Source: Trueperaceae bacterium (GTDB lineage Bacteria > Deinococcota > Deinococci > Deinococcales > Trueperaceae). From it: a stretch of 64,000 nucleotides of DNA. This document shows positions 19,761 to 30,399 of this stretch, piece after piece. Below the pieces are notes generated by a model, which searched no databases, was not told the DNA's origin, and worked only from the letters and a program-made list of their open reading frames with translations. The stretch lies in contig OZ243927.1 in assembly GCA_965213925.1 (NCBI GenBank), forward strand, positions 1,760,001 to 1,824,000, in the 5' to 3' direction. Every line of letters starts with the position of its first letter. Position 1 is the first letter of the stretch. Position numbers and translations under genes: made by a program.

Positions 19761-21310
19761 GGGTTGCTCTCCTCAGTTATTATCTCACTGGTGGATTCGC
19801 TGGTAGACTCACTTGTTGCACCACCGGAAGAATGAGGGTTGATAGGCTCGAGCCGCGTCACGATGCGGTTGTCTTCGTTAAAGATACGCTGCGCGACCGC
19901 TTGAACCTCTTCAGCGGTGACCGAGTTGATAATCTCCTCGTACTCCAAGATGCCGTCCCAGCCGCCCAAGAAGAGTTCGTAAAAGGCGAGCTGCGAGGCT
20001 AAACCGCTGCCCGAACCCAAACCGCGAATGAAGCCCGCCCGCACCTGATTTTTGACCTTCTCTAGTTCGCGTTCGGTCACGCTCTCATTCTTAAGACGTT
20101 CGACCTCTTCGTAAAAGACGCGCTCCATATCCTCATTCGTGTTCGGAAAGCGCGGCGCGCCGCCGAAGACGAACAAGTTGGGCTCGCGGATACCGGGGAA
20201 GGCGGAAGAGGTGAAGACGTCTAGTGCCACCTGGTCTTCAACCACCATACGCTCAAAAAGCCGAGAGGTGCGCCCCGCGCTCAAAATCGCGTCGATAACG
20301 TCCATCACGTAAGCGTCGCGCTCGGGATAGGTCGGCTTGTGGTAGCCCACCGCGAGCTGCGGCTCGGCGTCGAATTCGACGCTGCTACGGCGCTCCTCGG
20401 TCTGGTCGGGCTCTTCGGGAATCGCAGGGCGCGCGTCTGGGGCTCCCTCTAACACGCCGAAGTAGCGCTCCAAAGTGACGATGTCGCGTTCCGGCTCCAC
20501 GTCGCCGACCAGCACCAGCACGGCGCGGTTCGGGTCGTAGTAGCGCTCGAAGAAGGCTTCCGCTTCGGAGGCGAGGTAGCTTTCCAACTCGTTCGGCGCA
20601 CCGATGAGCGGGCGTCCATACGGATGAACCTGATACGCTTGACCTAAAAATTCTTCGAACAGCACGCCTTGCGGGTCGTCCTCGGAGCGCTGCCGCCGCT
20701 CTTCGCGCACCACGTCGCGCTCTTCATAGAAGGAGCGGAAGACGGTGTCGCGTAAAATATCGGCGTAGACGCGGGCGTAGAGTTCTAAGCGGTTTGAAGG
20801 CATGGAGATGACGTAAGCGGTGCGGTCGTAGCCCGTCGAGGCGTTGAGTCCGACGCCGCCGTTCGCGTCGAAGAGTAAGTCCAGCGCGTTCGGCGAGGCG
20901 AAGGCTTTGGCTTCCTCCCTAGCCTCCAAAAATGCTGCCTGCGTCTCGGCGATCTCCTCCTCAGTGCCGTTTTTACGGACCCACTCGAGCGCCAGCGCCA
21001 GCACCTCGACCTTATCCAGCGCCTGTTCCTCCAAGTCGGGCGTGTCCGTGCCGATGGTCTGCGTGCCCTTAAACGCCATGTGCTCGACCATGTGCGCGAT
21101 GCCGCCCAGACCGTCCGGCTCGTCGATGCCGCCCACATCGAACATGAGGTTAAAGGAGATCACGGGCGCGGCGTCCTGTTCGACCATGATGACGCGCATC
21201 CCGTTATCCAGCGTGTAGGTGCTCACCTGCTCGCGGAGGTCTTGGGCACTCCCGAGCGCCAAACCCAGCAGGAAAGACAGGGTTAGGAGGGTACGTGCGG
21301 CTAGTTTCAT
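19757..21310 (-). CDS. M16 (pitrilysin-like) zinc peptidase, catalytic subunit
   Basis: HMVEHMAFKGT inverted zinc motif, NAST, ERDVV.EE; signal peptide. Confidence 0.94.
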   Translation of the reverse strand: MKLAARTLLTLSFLLGLALGSAQDLREQVSTYTLDNGMRVIMVEQDAAPVISFNLMFDVGGIDEPDGLGGIAHMVEHMAFKGTQTIGTDTPDLEEQALDKVEVLALALEWVRKNGTEEEIAETQAAFLEAREEAKAFASPNALDLLFDANGGVGLNASTGYDRTAYVISMPSNRLELYARVYADILRDTVFRSFYEERDVVREERRQRSEDDPQGVLFEEFLGQAYQVHPYGRPLIGAPNELESYLASEAEAFFERYYDPNRAVLVLVGDVEPERDIVTLERYFGVLEGAPDARPAIPEEPDQTEERRSSVEFDAEPQLAVGYHKPTYPERDAYVMDVIDAILSAGRTSRLFERMVVEDQVALDVFTSSAFPGIREPNLFVFGGAPRFPNTNEDMERVFYEEVERLKNESVTERELEKVKNQVRAGFIRGLGSGSGLASQLAFYELFLGGWDGILEYEEIINSVTAEEVQAVAQRIFNEDNRIVTRLEPINPHSSGGATSESTSESTSEIITEESNP

Positions 21311-21666
21311 CTCTCACCTCTTCGTGAAAATTTCTATCAGTATATAAGGCGAAAGACTGAAGGAGTGAAATGTGAAAAAGGGGGAGGCTCGAGCCTTAAC
21401 AGGTCTTCATCCACAAGGTGTAAAGGTACGTCTCGCCGTATGAACGCGGTATCTCTTGTGAGGATGAGGACAGGTCTTCTTTATAAATCGCCCAAATCCT
21501 GTTCGGCGTAGAAGTCTGAAAACTCGCCCTCGGTTACGGGTTGTCGCTTATATCCCTCGGCGTGTCTTTGCTCGAGCCTCTCAACCTCTCCTTGCGCTTC
21601 TTGGCGGTCATCTCGAGCGTTCGTAAAGCTATCTCTTTTGCACATGACGTCCTTTATACTCTAGGG

Positions 21667-22704
21667 ATGACGGAAGCAACCCTCAACTCAGAACAAACCA
21701 CCGCCACAAAGAAGAAAAAGCGCGTTTTTTCAGGGATGCAGCCCTCGAACGCGCTACATTTAGGTAACTACTTAGGCGCACTCAAACAGTGGGTCGCGAA
21801 TCAGTACGAGAACGACAACATCTTCTGCGTTGTGGACTTGCACGCGCTGACCATCCCCGAAGAGATTGACCCGAAAGTCTTATATAGACAGTCCAGAGAG
21901 GTCGCCGCCCTTTACCTCGCGTGCGGCATCGACCCCGAGAGCAACCTCGTCTTCATCCAGTCGCACGTGCACGAGCACGCCGAACTCGCGTGGGTCTTAA
22001 ACTGCACGACGCCTTTGGGCTGGCTCTACCGGATGACGCAGTTCAAGGCGAAGTCCGACCAGAAGGAGAGCGTTGGGACGGGTCTTTTGGACTATCCCGT
22101 GCTGCAAGCCGCCGATATCCTCCTCTACGACACGCAGTCCGTGCCGGTGGGCGAAGACCAGCGCCAACACATCGAGCTGACCCGCGACATCGCGATTCGT
22201 TTCAACAACCTCTTCGGCGACGTGTTCGTGCTGCCCAACGCGACAATTCCGCCTGCGGGTGCAAAGATCATGGGCTTCGATGAGCCCGAGGCGAAGATGA
22301 GCAAGAGTATCGCGCGTGAACGGAGCGGGCACGCCGTCAATCTCTTGGACAACCCCAAGACCATCAAAAAGACCATCATGTCCGCCGTGACTGACTCGGA
22401 GCGGGAGACGCGCTTTGAGCACGCTTCGCCGGGGGTGAAGAACTTGCTTTCGCTCTATCAGGTTCTGACCGAAGAGTCGCGAGAGGTCATCGAGGCAAAG
22501 TTTGAGGGTCAAGGCTATGGAACGCTCAAAAAAGCGGTTTTAGAGGTGGTGACGGAGACCTTGGAGCCGATTCAAACCCGCTACCAGGAAATCATGGCGA
22601 ACCCTGAGGGGCTCGAGTCCCTCCTCTCGAAAGGTGCAGCCCAAGCCCAGGAGATGGCGGCGAAGACGATGGCACGGGTTAAGGACGCGACGGGCATAGG
22701 ATGA
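21667..22704 (+). CDS. trpS: tryptophan--tRNA ligase
   Basis: SGMQPS..HLGNY, YPVLQAADIL, VPVGEDQ, KMSKS. Start re-called at 21667; TATACT 6 nt upstream. Confidence 0.97.
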   Translation: MTEATLNSEQTTATKKKKRVFSGMQPSNALHLGNYLGALKQWVANQYENDNIFCVVDLHALTIPEEIDPKVLYRQSREVAALYLACGIDPESNLVFIQSHVHEHAELAWVLNCTTPLGWLYRMTQFKAKSDQKESVGTGLLDYPVLQAADILLYDTQSVPVGEDQRQHIELTRDIAIRFNNLFGDVFVLPNATIPPAGAKIMGFDEPEAKMSKSIARERSGHAVNLLDNPKTIKKTIMSAVTDSERETRFEHASPGVKNLLSLYQVLTEESREVIEAKFEGQGYGTLKKAVLEVVTETLEPIQTRYQEIMANPEGLESLLSKGAAQAQEMAAKTMARVKDATGIG

Positions 22705-22723
22705 GGTTTAAGCGGATGAGAGC

Positions 22724-23653
22724 GTGAGCGTCCTCTTCGTCTTTTTAGACGGGGTAGGGCTTGGTGAGACAAATAAAGAGGTCAATCCGTTCGCGGCGGC
22801 GCACACGCCCTTTCTCGCTGAGTGGTTGGGGGGGAAGCTGACCTCGAGCTTAGAAGAGGTTAGCGAAGAGTACTTCGTTTTCACTAGAGCGGACGCGACC
22901 CTCGGGGTTGACGGTCTCCCTCAATCCGCCACCGGACAAACAACGCTCCTGACAGGTAAAAACGGCGCAACCATCATGGACCGCCACTACGGACCTTGGC
23001 CCGGTCCGACCTTGAAGCGCGTACTGGACGAAGGCACGCTCTTCTCTGGGGTTGTGGATGCGGGCAAACGCGCCGCTCTAGCGAACGTCTACCCGAGAGG
23101 CTATTTTTGGGCACTCGAGCACGGCAAGCAGAAGCTCAACGTGCCCGTGTACGCAGCGAGAGCAGCGAGCGTACCCCTTCGCACCGAAACGGATTATGCG
23201 GACGCTAGAGCGATAAGTGCCGACCTTACAGGCAAGTACTTACACGCGCAAAACGGCTCACCGCTACGCACACCTGAAGAGGCGGGCGCGAACCTCGCCG
23301 CGCTCGCCGCCGAGTTTGACTTCACCTTTTTGGACTTTTGGGCGACCGACCGCGCTGGGCATCGCTGGTCGTTTGCGGAGTCAATTAAGCTCGTGGAGCA
23401 GTTGGACGCTTTTTTTAGTGGGCTCGTGTCTGCGCTCGAGAATAGAGAAGAAAAAGAAGAGGTGACGCTGCTCGTCACCTCCGACCACGGTAATTTAGAG
23501 GATAAAACGACGAAGTCTCACACGGTGAACCCTGTACCGCTCATCGCGTTCGGACCCGCCGCGCATCTCTTCCAAAACGTAAAGAGCCTCCTAGACGTTG
23601 CGCCGGCGGTGCGCGCGGCGCTCAGCTTGGGCGTGTTTACGACCCTAAAATAA
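22724..23653 (+). CDS. alkaline-phosphatase-superfamily metalloenzyme (phosphoglycerate mutase-like)
   Basis: FLDGVG, PQSATGQT, D..GH, TSDHGN, HT.NPVP. Confidence 0.85.
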   Translation: MSVLFVFLDGVGLGETNKEVNPFAAAHTPFLAEWLGGKLTSSLEEVSEEYFVFTRADATLGVDGLPQSATGQTTLLTGKNGATIMDRHYGPWPGPTLKRVLDEGTLFSGVVDAGKRAALANVYPRGYFWALEHGKQKLNVPVYAARAASVPLRTETDYADARAISADLTGKYLHAQNGSPLRTPEEAGANLAALAAEFDFTFLDFWATDRAGHRWSFAESIKLVEQLDAFFSGLVSALENREEKEEVTLLVTSDHGNLEDKTTKSHTVNPVPLIAFGPAAHLFQNVKSLLDVAPAVRAALSLGVFTTLK

Positions 23654-24716
23654 CGACCGCCGCCTCGTACCACGCGCCTAACATCAGCAGCAAGAAGGCG
23701 ATGGGTAGCATCATGATGAGCTTTCTCGAGCCGTCCCGAAAGCCCTTGAACCCTTCACGGATGACCGTCATGAGGAAGATACCGCCGCCCGCTGTCACGA
23801 CGACGTAGGCTGAAAGCTCCACGACGATGAGGATAAGCACGAACAAGACGTTGAGCGGTCCGGCGTCCACTAAAAAGCCGAAGGGGATACCGAGCGCCAA
23901 AAAGCGCAGCCCGTTAAAGAGGTACGCGCCTAGCCCAAGCGTGATGAAGGTGAGCGAGAAGGTGGTGACGAGCGTGCCCATCACGAAGTTTTGGTAGAGC
24001 GTCACCACGGCGGCTCGGCCCACGTTGCCGCTGCCATATGCCTCAGCCGCGCCGAGTTCTTCGACGGTGGTTTGCACAACGTTTGAAATCGCCGTCTGAC
24101 ATACGGGCGGAAGACCCGCCCCGATGCCCAACCCGACCGCAAAAAGCCCGAACATCGCGACGAACGTGCCGATAACGAGCGCGCGGTAGCCCTTGAGCAG
24201 CGCCCACCCCTCGGCAAGCCAGCGCCGGAAGAAGGACGGGCGCACGAGCAAATACACGAAGTAGAGGCTGAAAACGATAAATACCCACGCCGTTAAGGGC
24301 TGCTGAAAAACGCGCGGAATCGTGCCGCCGCCCTCGGTTTGCACGCCGATATCAGAAGCGGTCCAGCTACCCTCTTGCTGCTCGAGGGTAACTTCTAAGA
24401 CCTCCAAGCGCTCACTCGGAAAGGCGACGGGATAGGTGTAGCGGCGCGTACCGCCCGCGCCCGTCTCGCGCTCGACCCTGTCACCAAAGTTGACCCGCGT
24501 GCCTTCGGGTGGAGGCGGGCTCCCTAAAAGGGAAGGCAACTGCTGACAGAGTTGCTCGGGTGGGAGCCCTGAAAGGGTGCTCAGATTGGTGGGCGGTTGG
24601 TCCAACCACTCACGCACCGCGTTATCCGCCGCCGCTTCAGGGGACTGACCTAAGGCGAAGGTCGAGAGAGCGAGTAGAAAAATAAAGAGGTAAGGGATAG
24701 GATTTTTTAGAATCAT
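23637..24716 (-). CDS. SpoIIM-domain membrane protein
   Basis: Signal peptide, soluble N-terminal domain, then multi-TM region with E..AY..AGG and A.YEA motifs. Confidence 0.7.
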   Translation of the reverse strand: MILKNPIPYLFIFLLALSTFALGQSPEAAADNAVREWLDQPPTNLSTLSGLPPEQLCQQLPSLLGSPPPPEGTRVNFGDRVERETGAGGTRRYTYPVAFPSERLEVLEVTLEQQEGSWTASDIGVQTEGGGTIPRVFQQPLTAWVFIVFSLYFVYLLVRPSFFRRWLAEGWALLKGYRALVIGTFVAMFGLFAVGLGIGAGLPPVCQTAISNVVQTTVEELGAAEAYGSGNVGRAAVVTLYQNFVMGTLVTTFSLTFITLGLGAYLFNGLRFLALGIPFGFLVDAGPLNVLFVLILIVVELSAYVVVTAGGGIFLMTVIREGFKGFRDGSRKLIMMLPIAFLLLMLGAWYEAAVVILGS

Positions 24717-24720
24717 AAGG

Positions 24721-25272
24721 TTAGATATCCTCGAGGGGTACGCCCTGGGCGCACAAGGAACAGTCGTCAGCGGGATAGGTGGGAAATGAGAGCGTTTGGA
24801 GCGCAGTGAGGGTCATATTAGAGGTGCCTCTGTCGATGATGCACCCGACGCCGACGCAGGTGCCGCCTTTAGCTTCGGCAGCGTGGATGGACTTTCGCAA
24901 GCTGCCGCCCGTCGTCACCACGTCTTCCACCGCGACGAAGATCTCTCCCTGCACGATTTCGAACGCCTCACGAATCTTCATGCCGCCCATCCCGTCCTTT
25001 TCGGCGAACAGCGCGCGGCAGCCGAGCGCTTTGGCGACCGTATGAGCAAGTACGACGCCGCCCATCGCCGGACCGAGGACAAACGCGGGAACATCGTCTA
25101 AGGTTTTATCAAAACTCTGGGCTAAAGCGCTGCCGACGGCTTCGGCGTGCTGCGGGTACTGCAACACCGTCGTAGACTGCAAGAACTTAGGCGAGTGACG
25201 CCCCGAGGCGAGCAGAAAATGCCCCTCTAAATACGCCCCCGTCTCTCTATAAAGGTTGAGAACATCCATCAT
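24721..25272 (-). CDS. pyrE: orotate phosphoribosyltransferase
   Basis: GHFLLASGRHS and VEDVVTTGGS PRPP-binding motif. Confidence 0.96.
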   Translation of the reverse strand: MMDVLNLYRETGAYLEGHFLLASGRHSPKFLQSTTVLQYPQHAEAVGSALAQSFDKTLDDVPAFVLGPAMGGVVLAHTVAKALGCRALFAEKDGMGGMKIREAFEIVQGEIFVAVEDVVTTGGSLRKSIHAAEAKGGTCVGVGCIIDRGTSNMTLTALQTLSFPTYPADDCSLCAQGVPLEDI

Positions 25273-25336
25273 AAATCAGCATACAGCAGGGAGGCGCAAG
25301 TCGGTGTGGGAGGTGAAGAAAGTAACGAGTTAAAAG

Positions 25337-25446
25337 CAATCCAGTCGAGCTGGTTACGCAGTCTCCGAAGGAACGAACGGTGAGCAATGAGTCTAAAGGG
25401 TTTCACTTACCGTTCGTCCAGCTCGACTGGATTGCTCGTTGCTTCT
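25337..25446. repeat. family-B palindromic repeat
   Basis: AGCAATCCAGTCGAGCTGG...CCAGCTCGACTGGATTGCT inverted pair. Confidence 0.75.
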
Positions 25447-25480
25447 ATTTTGCTCATCAAGCACAGCCACCGTCTTCGCG

Positions 25481-25996
25481 GTGCGTTATAGTAGCTCCGT
25501 GCAGAGCGCGACCTGGCTTAAAAATACGTTTTGGCGCACCACCGTCGCCCTCGTCCCCCAGCTCGCTCATGCGGACGACCGCTTTGCGAAACGGCTGCTC
25601 TCAGCGGAAGAGTATGGGCTCTACATGCAGATGGACGTGCGTGACCGCGACCACGCTTGCACCGTCACGAAAGCTTTGCTCGTTGGCTTCCCCGACGCTT
25701 CGCTCGAGCTTTTGCGAGCGGCGCTCCTCCACGATGTCGGCAAGACGAAAGCCTCTTATAATCCGCTCAGCCGCATTCTAGCGGCGCTCTATACGCCCCC
25801 CCAAATCCCTGCAAAGCCGCGCTTTTCGGGCGTGCGCGGGCTCTGGCAGATGAAGCGTCACCACGGTCGCTACGGCGCACAGATGATCCGTGCAGCGGGC
25901 GGCGACGCGCGCGTAGCGGAGATCGTCGCGCGGCACCACGCGCCCGCTGGCGACGCAGAAGCGTCACGGCTTAAAGAGGTCGATGAGCGCTTCTAA
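25481..25996 (+). CDS. HD-domain phosphohydrolase; start uncertain
   Basis: DRDH, AALLHDVGK, HGRYGA, V.RHH motifs. Confidence 0.82.
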   Translation: MRYSSSVQSATWLKNTFWRTTVALVPQLAHADDRFAKRLLSAEEYGLYMQMDVRDRDHACTVTKALLVGFPDASLELLRAALLHDVGKTKASYNPLSRILAALYTPPQIPAKPRFSGVRGLWQMKRHHGRYGAQMIRAAGGDARVAEIVARHHAPAGDAEASRLKEVDERF

Positions 25997-27278
25997 CCCC
26001 TCGCTGCAACGAGATACCGACCTCTTGGCGTGGCTCTTCGCGCGGCAGCGTTTCGGGATTAAGCCGGGGCTAGCGCGACCCCGCGCCCTATTACACGCCC
26101 TCGGCAACCCGCAGCGCCATTTCGACAGCGTGCTCATAGGCGGCACGAACGGCAAAGGGAGCACGGCGAGCACATTAGCAAGTATGCTGAGCGCGTCGGG
26201 AAGACGCACCGCGCTCTTCACCAGCCCGCACCTCAGCACCTTCACCGAGCGGTTCGTGGTAGACGGTGAGCAGCCAGCCATGACGGACGTGCTGAACACG
26301 CTAGCAAAGATGAAGCCCGCGGTAGAGGAGACGGGAGCGACCTTTTTTGAAGCAGTTCTAGCGCTCGCTTGTTTGCTCTTTGCGCAAGCGGACGCTGAAC
26401 TCGCGGTGATGGAGGTCGGGCTAGGCGGGCGCTTCGACGCGACGAACGTTTTAGAGCCCTCGCTCAGCGTCATCACGGGGATTTCGCTCGACCACACGCA
26501 TATTTTGGGGGGGAGCGTGCAGGAAATCGCGGTCGAGAAAGCGGGCATCATGCGCGCCGAAAACCTCTGTTTGACGGGCGCGCGGGGCGAAGCGCTGCAG
26601 GCGTTGCAGAGCGAAGCGCAGAGCAAGGGGGCGACGCTCTGGTCTTTTGAAGACGAGATGAAATTAGCGTATCGAGACCTAGGCTGGCAGGGCTTAGAGG
26701 TTAGTCTTTGGGGTCCACACGGTCAGCTCAGCGTTCACACGCCCCTACTCGGCACCCATCAGGCGAGAAACGTTGCGTTGGCGGCGGCGGCGGCGCAACG
26801 TTTGGGTGTACCTGACGAAGCGATTCGGCATGGCGCGGCGCGAACGCGGTGGGCGGGGCGGCTCGAGCCCATCCCCTACGAAGGGCGAACCTTCTTACTC
26901 GACGGCGCGCACAACGAAGAAGCCGCGCTCGCCCTCGCGCGCACACTCCGCGCGTTGGGTGTCCAGAACGTACTCCTCATCTTCGGCGTAGCGGTCGGCA
27001 AAGAGGTTCAGAAGATGAGCGCGGCGCTTTCTGAGTTGACTAGAGAGGTTATCCTGACCAAGGCGAGCCTGAGCCCGAGGGGAACGCCTCCCCACGAACT
27101 CACTTCATCATGGCAACCTTCGGTCGTGAGCGAGACGCCTCAAGAGGCGCTGGGGTTGGCTCTGGCGAAAAGCCAGCCCGGTGAGGTCATCGTGGTGGCA
27201 GGCAGCCTCTACCTCATCGGTGAGGTGAGACCGCTCCTGCTCGGCGAGGTCACCGAACCCTGGACGCGGTCTCAGTAA
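25983..27278 (+). CDS. folC: folylpolyglutamate synthase / dihydrofolate synthase
   Basis: GTNGKGS, FTSPHL, EVGLGGRFDATN, DGAHN, GSLYL. Confidence 0.96.
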   Translation: MSASNPSLQRDTDLLAWLFARQRFGIKPGLARPRALLHALGNPQRHFDSVLIGGTNGKGSTASTLASMLSASGRRTALFTSPHLSTFTERFVVDGEQPAMTDVLNTLAKMKPAVEETGATFFEAVLALACLLFAQADAELAVMEVGLGGRFDATNVLEPSLSVITGISLDHTHILGGSVQEIAVEKAGIMRAENLCLTGARGEALQALQSEAQSKGATLWSFEDEMKLAYRDLGWQGLEVSLWGPHGQLSVHTPLLGTHQARNVALAAAAAQRLGVPDEAIRHGAARTRWAGRLEPIPYEGRTFLLDGAHNEEAALALARTLRALGVQNVLLIFGVAVGKEVQKMSAALSELTREVILTKASLSPRGTPPHELTSSWQPSVVSETPQEALGLALAKSQPGEVIVVAGSLYLIGEVRPLLLGEVTEPWTRSQ

Positions 27279-27619
27279 GCGTCCCGCTTCAAGGCGTCGT
27301 AGGCTTGGGTTGCCTCTAACCTCCGCTCCTGCCCCAACCGCTCCGCCCGCAACCGCTCGACCTCATCCGCGAACACGTCCTTCTCATATTGCAGCTCGAG
27401 CCGCCGCAGATAAACCTGCTCTTTCGCCTCGAATTCACGCACCTCTTGTGCTGACGCTGCGCGTGATGAGAATTTCGCGAGGTCTTCTCGCAAGGCGACC
27501 TGGTGTGCGTTCCAGAGGGCTGAGCCGACCTCGACGTGGGTCCGGTAAAGCCGCACTAGGGTCCACGAGGCGGCGAAGAGGGACAGCACGAGAGCGCCGA
27601 AAACGAGTAAACCGATCAT
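27272..27619 (-). CDS. hypothetical protein, N-terminal TM plus coiled coil
   Basis: Hydrophobic N-terminus, charged helical remainder; TATAAAT just upstream. Confidence 0.6.
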   Translation of the reverse strand: MIGLLVFGALVLSLFAASWTLVRLYRTHVEVGSALWNAHQVALREDLAKFSSRAASAQEVREFEAKEQVYLRRLELQYEKDVFADEVERLRAERLGQERRLEATQAYDALKRDAY

Positions 27620-27676
27620 GCCTATTTATAGCGCACGTAGATGAAGTAGCGGTCCGACTTGGTAGGGCGAAAGGCC

Positions 27677-28742
27677 CTACACCGCTGAAAATCGGTACTC
27701 AATAATGTGGCGGTAGACCTCCCCCGGTTGCAAAATCACGCTGGGAAAATGCGGGATATTGATAGTGTTAGGATAGTGTTGGGGCTCGAGCGCCACCCCT
27801 GCGTGTTTCTCGTATACCGCGCCGCTTTTGCCCCTCAGCCTTCCCTCTAAAAAGTTACCGCTGTAAAATTGTAGTCCTGGCTGCGTCGTGTAGAGTTCCA
27901 TCACTCGTCCTGAAGCCGGGTCGTGGAGCCGCGCCGCAAAACGCAAATGACCTCTTTCACCAGCGAACGACAAAGTTCGTATCATAACCGCTGCCAGAGA
28001 TGCACTGCACATCCGGATGCTCAATATCCGCGCCTATTTTCTTCGCATTGGCGAAGTCAAACGGCGTTTCTTTAACCGTCAAAATTTCTCCCGTCGGAAC
28101 CGAAGTTTCATCCGTTGGCGTGTAGAGGTGGCTGTTCAGCGTCAACTCGTGGTCCAGGACATTTCCCGAACCCTCTCCGGCAAGGTTGAAATAGCTGTGC
28201 TGCGTGAGGTTGACGGGCGTGGATCGGTCTGTGGTGGCGCGCAGCTCGAGCCTCAAGCGGTCCGCTTTCAGGGTGTAAAGGGCGCTGACCTCGAGCCGAC
28301 CCGGATACCCCTCCTCGCCGTCCGGTGAGGTGTAGCGAAGCTCGAGCCCTTCGTCTAACACTTGAGCCTGCCAAACCCGCTTATCGAAACCTCGAGCGCC
28401 TCCGTGCAGATGATGCTTCCCTTCGTTCGCCGCGAGCGTATAGCCCTCTTCTCCAAGAGTAAACTGCGACCCAGCGATGCGGTTGGCGACGCGCCCGACG
28501 AGTGCGCCGAAGTAGGGACTGCTCTGCTTGTAAGCCTCAGACCTATACGCTTCTAGCGTCTTAAAGCCGAGCACCACGTCAGATGTCTCGCCGCGCTTAT
28601 CCGGCACGTGCAGCTCAGTCAAAACGCCGCCGTAGTTCGTTATCTTGGCGCTCAGACCATTCCCGGTACCTAGCGTAAAGAGGCTCACCGCCTCGCCGTC
28701 CACCTCGCCCCAGAATTCTCTTTCTACCCGCATACCTATCAC
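27677..28742 (-). pseudogene. galM: aldose 1-epimerase (galactose mutarotase) split by a +1 frameshift near 27965
   Basis: GRVANRI, HLHGG, HSYFNL and GYDTNF in ORF 27957-28742; QFYSGN and ALEPQ in ORF 27677-28024. Confidence 0.88.
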
Positions 28743-28995
28743 CTCTTCATGAATGTGTACTCAGCTTAGCAAGCTTCTTTACCCGCCAACAAAAACGCGC
28801 TATGCTGAGGAGTGAAGGTTACAACTCGAGCAGATTAAGAAGACCGCTCAACCCTGGGTTTGACGGCGTTAGGTGTAGCGAAATTAGCTCTAACGAACGA
28901 CTTTGAGCGACCACAGAGCGAACCGTTCGCTGGACTAGGACTGACTTCTTGTCTCTCGAGTCTCAAAACCTTGTGCAATCAGAAAAGGAGACGCA

Positions 28996-30228
28996 ATGAA
29001 ACGACTATCTATGCTACTTCTCACCCTACTCTTGGGCGCTGCCTACGCCCAAGAAGAGCTGGAAATCTTCTCCTGGTGGGCGGGCGACGAGGGTCCGGCA
29101 CTGCAAGCGCTGATCGACCAATATCAGCAGGAGTACGACAATACCGAAGTTATCAACGCCACCGTCGCGGGCGGTTCGGGCGTGAACGCGCGCGCTGTTC
29201 TTAAAACGCGCATGTTGGGCGGCGACCCGCCCGACTCGTTCCAGGTCCACGCCGGACAAGAACTCATCGGCACTTGGGTCACGGCGGAGCGCATGGAAGA
29301 CCTCACCCCGCTCTTCGAGGAGCAGGGCTGGATGGACGCCTTCCCGCAGGGCTTAATCGACCTCATCAGCACCGAGAACGGTATCTGGAGCGTGCCCGTG
29401 AACATCCACCGCTCGAACGTCATGTGGTACGTACCGAGCAACCTAGAGGAGTGGGGCGTCAGCGTGCCTTCAGGCTGGGACGAGTTCGTTAACACGACCT
29501 GTCCCGCTCTGCAGGAGCAAAACGTGACGCCTTTGGTCGTCGGCGAAAACTGGACGCAGCAGCACCTCTGGGAGTCGGTAGCGCTCGCGACGCTGGGTAC
29601 AGAGAACTACCAAAGGCTCTGGGACGGCGAACTTTCCTTCACCGACCCCGAAGTGGTGAGCGTCTGGGAGACCTTCGGGCAGATTCTGGACTGCACCAAC
29701 GAGGACGCCTCAGGTCTAAGCTGGCAGCAAGCCACTGACCGCGTCGCGAACGGCGACGCCGCCTTTAACGTGATGGGCGACTGGGCAGCGGGTTATATGA
29801 GCACAACGCTCGAACTCACTCCGAACGAAGGCTTCGGCTGGGCGGCGTCACCCGGTACGGAAGGCAACTTCATGCTCTTGTCCGACTCGTTCGGCTTGCC
29901 CGTCGGCGCGCCGCACCCCGAGAACGCTAGAGAGTGGCTGAGGCTGGTAGGTTCGCAAGCAGGGCAAGACACCTTTAACCCACTCAAAGGCTCCATCTCG
30001 CCGCGCCTAGACAGCGACTTGAGCCAGTACAACGCCTACTCGCAGTCCGCCGCTGAGGACTATCAGGAAAACACCCAGGTCGGCTCGCTCGTGCACGGCG
30101 CAGTCGCCAACGAGACCTTCATGAGTGAATTTGCCAGCGTCATGGAGAGCTTTTTAAGCTCACGCAACCCTGAAGCGGCGGCGAACGCCGCGCAAGAAAT
30201 CGCGTCGCAGACGGGAATCGGCAACTAA
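28996..30228 (+). CDS. sugar ABC transporter substrate-binding protein (glucose-binding type)
   Basis: Signal peptide; [37 protein letters not shown]. Confidence 0.92.
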   Translation: MKRLSMLLLTLLLGAAYAQEELEIFSWWAGDEGPALQALIDQYQQEYDNTEVINATVAGGSGVNARAVLKTRMLGGDPPDSFQVHAGQELIGTWVTAERMEDLTPLFEEQGWMDAFPQGLIDLISTENGIWSVPVNIHRSNVMWYVPSNLEEWGVSVPSGWDEFVNTTCPALQEQNVTPLVVGENWTQQHLWESVALATLGTENYQRLWDGELSFTDPEVVSVWETFGQILDCTNEDASGLSWQQATDRVANGDAAFNVMGDWAAGYMSTTLELTPNEGFGWAASPGTEGNFMLLSDSFGLPVGAPHPENAREWLRLVGSQAGQDTFNPLKGSISPRLDSDLSQYNAYSQSAAEDYQENTQVGSLVHGAVANETFMSEFASVMESFLSSRNPEAAANAAQEIASQTGIGN

Positions 30229-30232
30229 GACG

Positions 30233-30352
30233 GCAATGAGTTACGAGCAATAGTAAAAAGGTTAAAGGACTGAGGACTGAGAGAAAAGTAAAGACCAAAT
30301 CTCAGTCCTCAGTCCTCAGTCCTTTTCTCTCAGCTCATTGCTCGTTGCTTCT
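30233..30352. repeat. heptamer tandem/inverted repeat (GGACTGA / TCAGTCC) within family-B arms
   Basis: GCAATGAG..AGGACTGAGGACTGAGAGAAAAG...CTCAGTCCTCAGTCCTCAGTCC..CTCATTGC. Confidence 0.75.
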
Positions 30353-30399
30353 ATCTCGCTTACAGCTTTCAACTCGTCACTGTCAAGAGACGGATCACC

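Noticed and set aside
21480..21660. T-box riboswitch upstream of trpS
   Set aside because: No T-box consensus or terminator; trpS appears leaderless.
23637..24716. SpoIIM-like and SplB-like genes as evidence of sporulation
   Set aside because: Both families occur in non-sporulating bacteria and no core sporulation genes are present.
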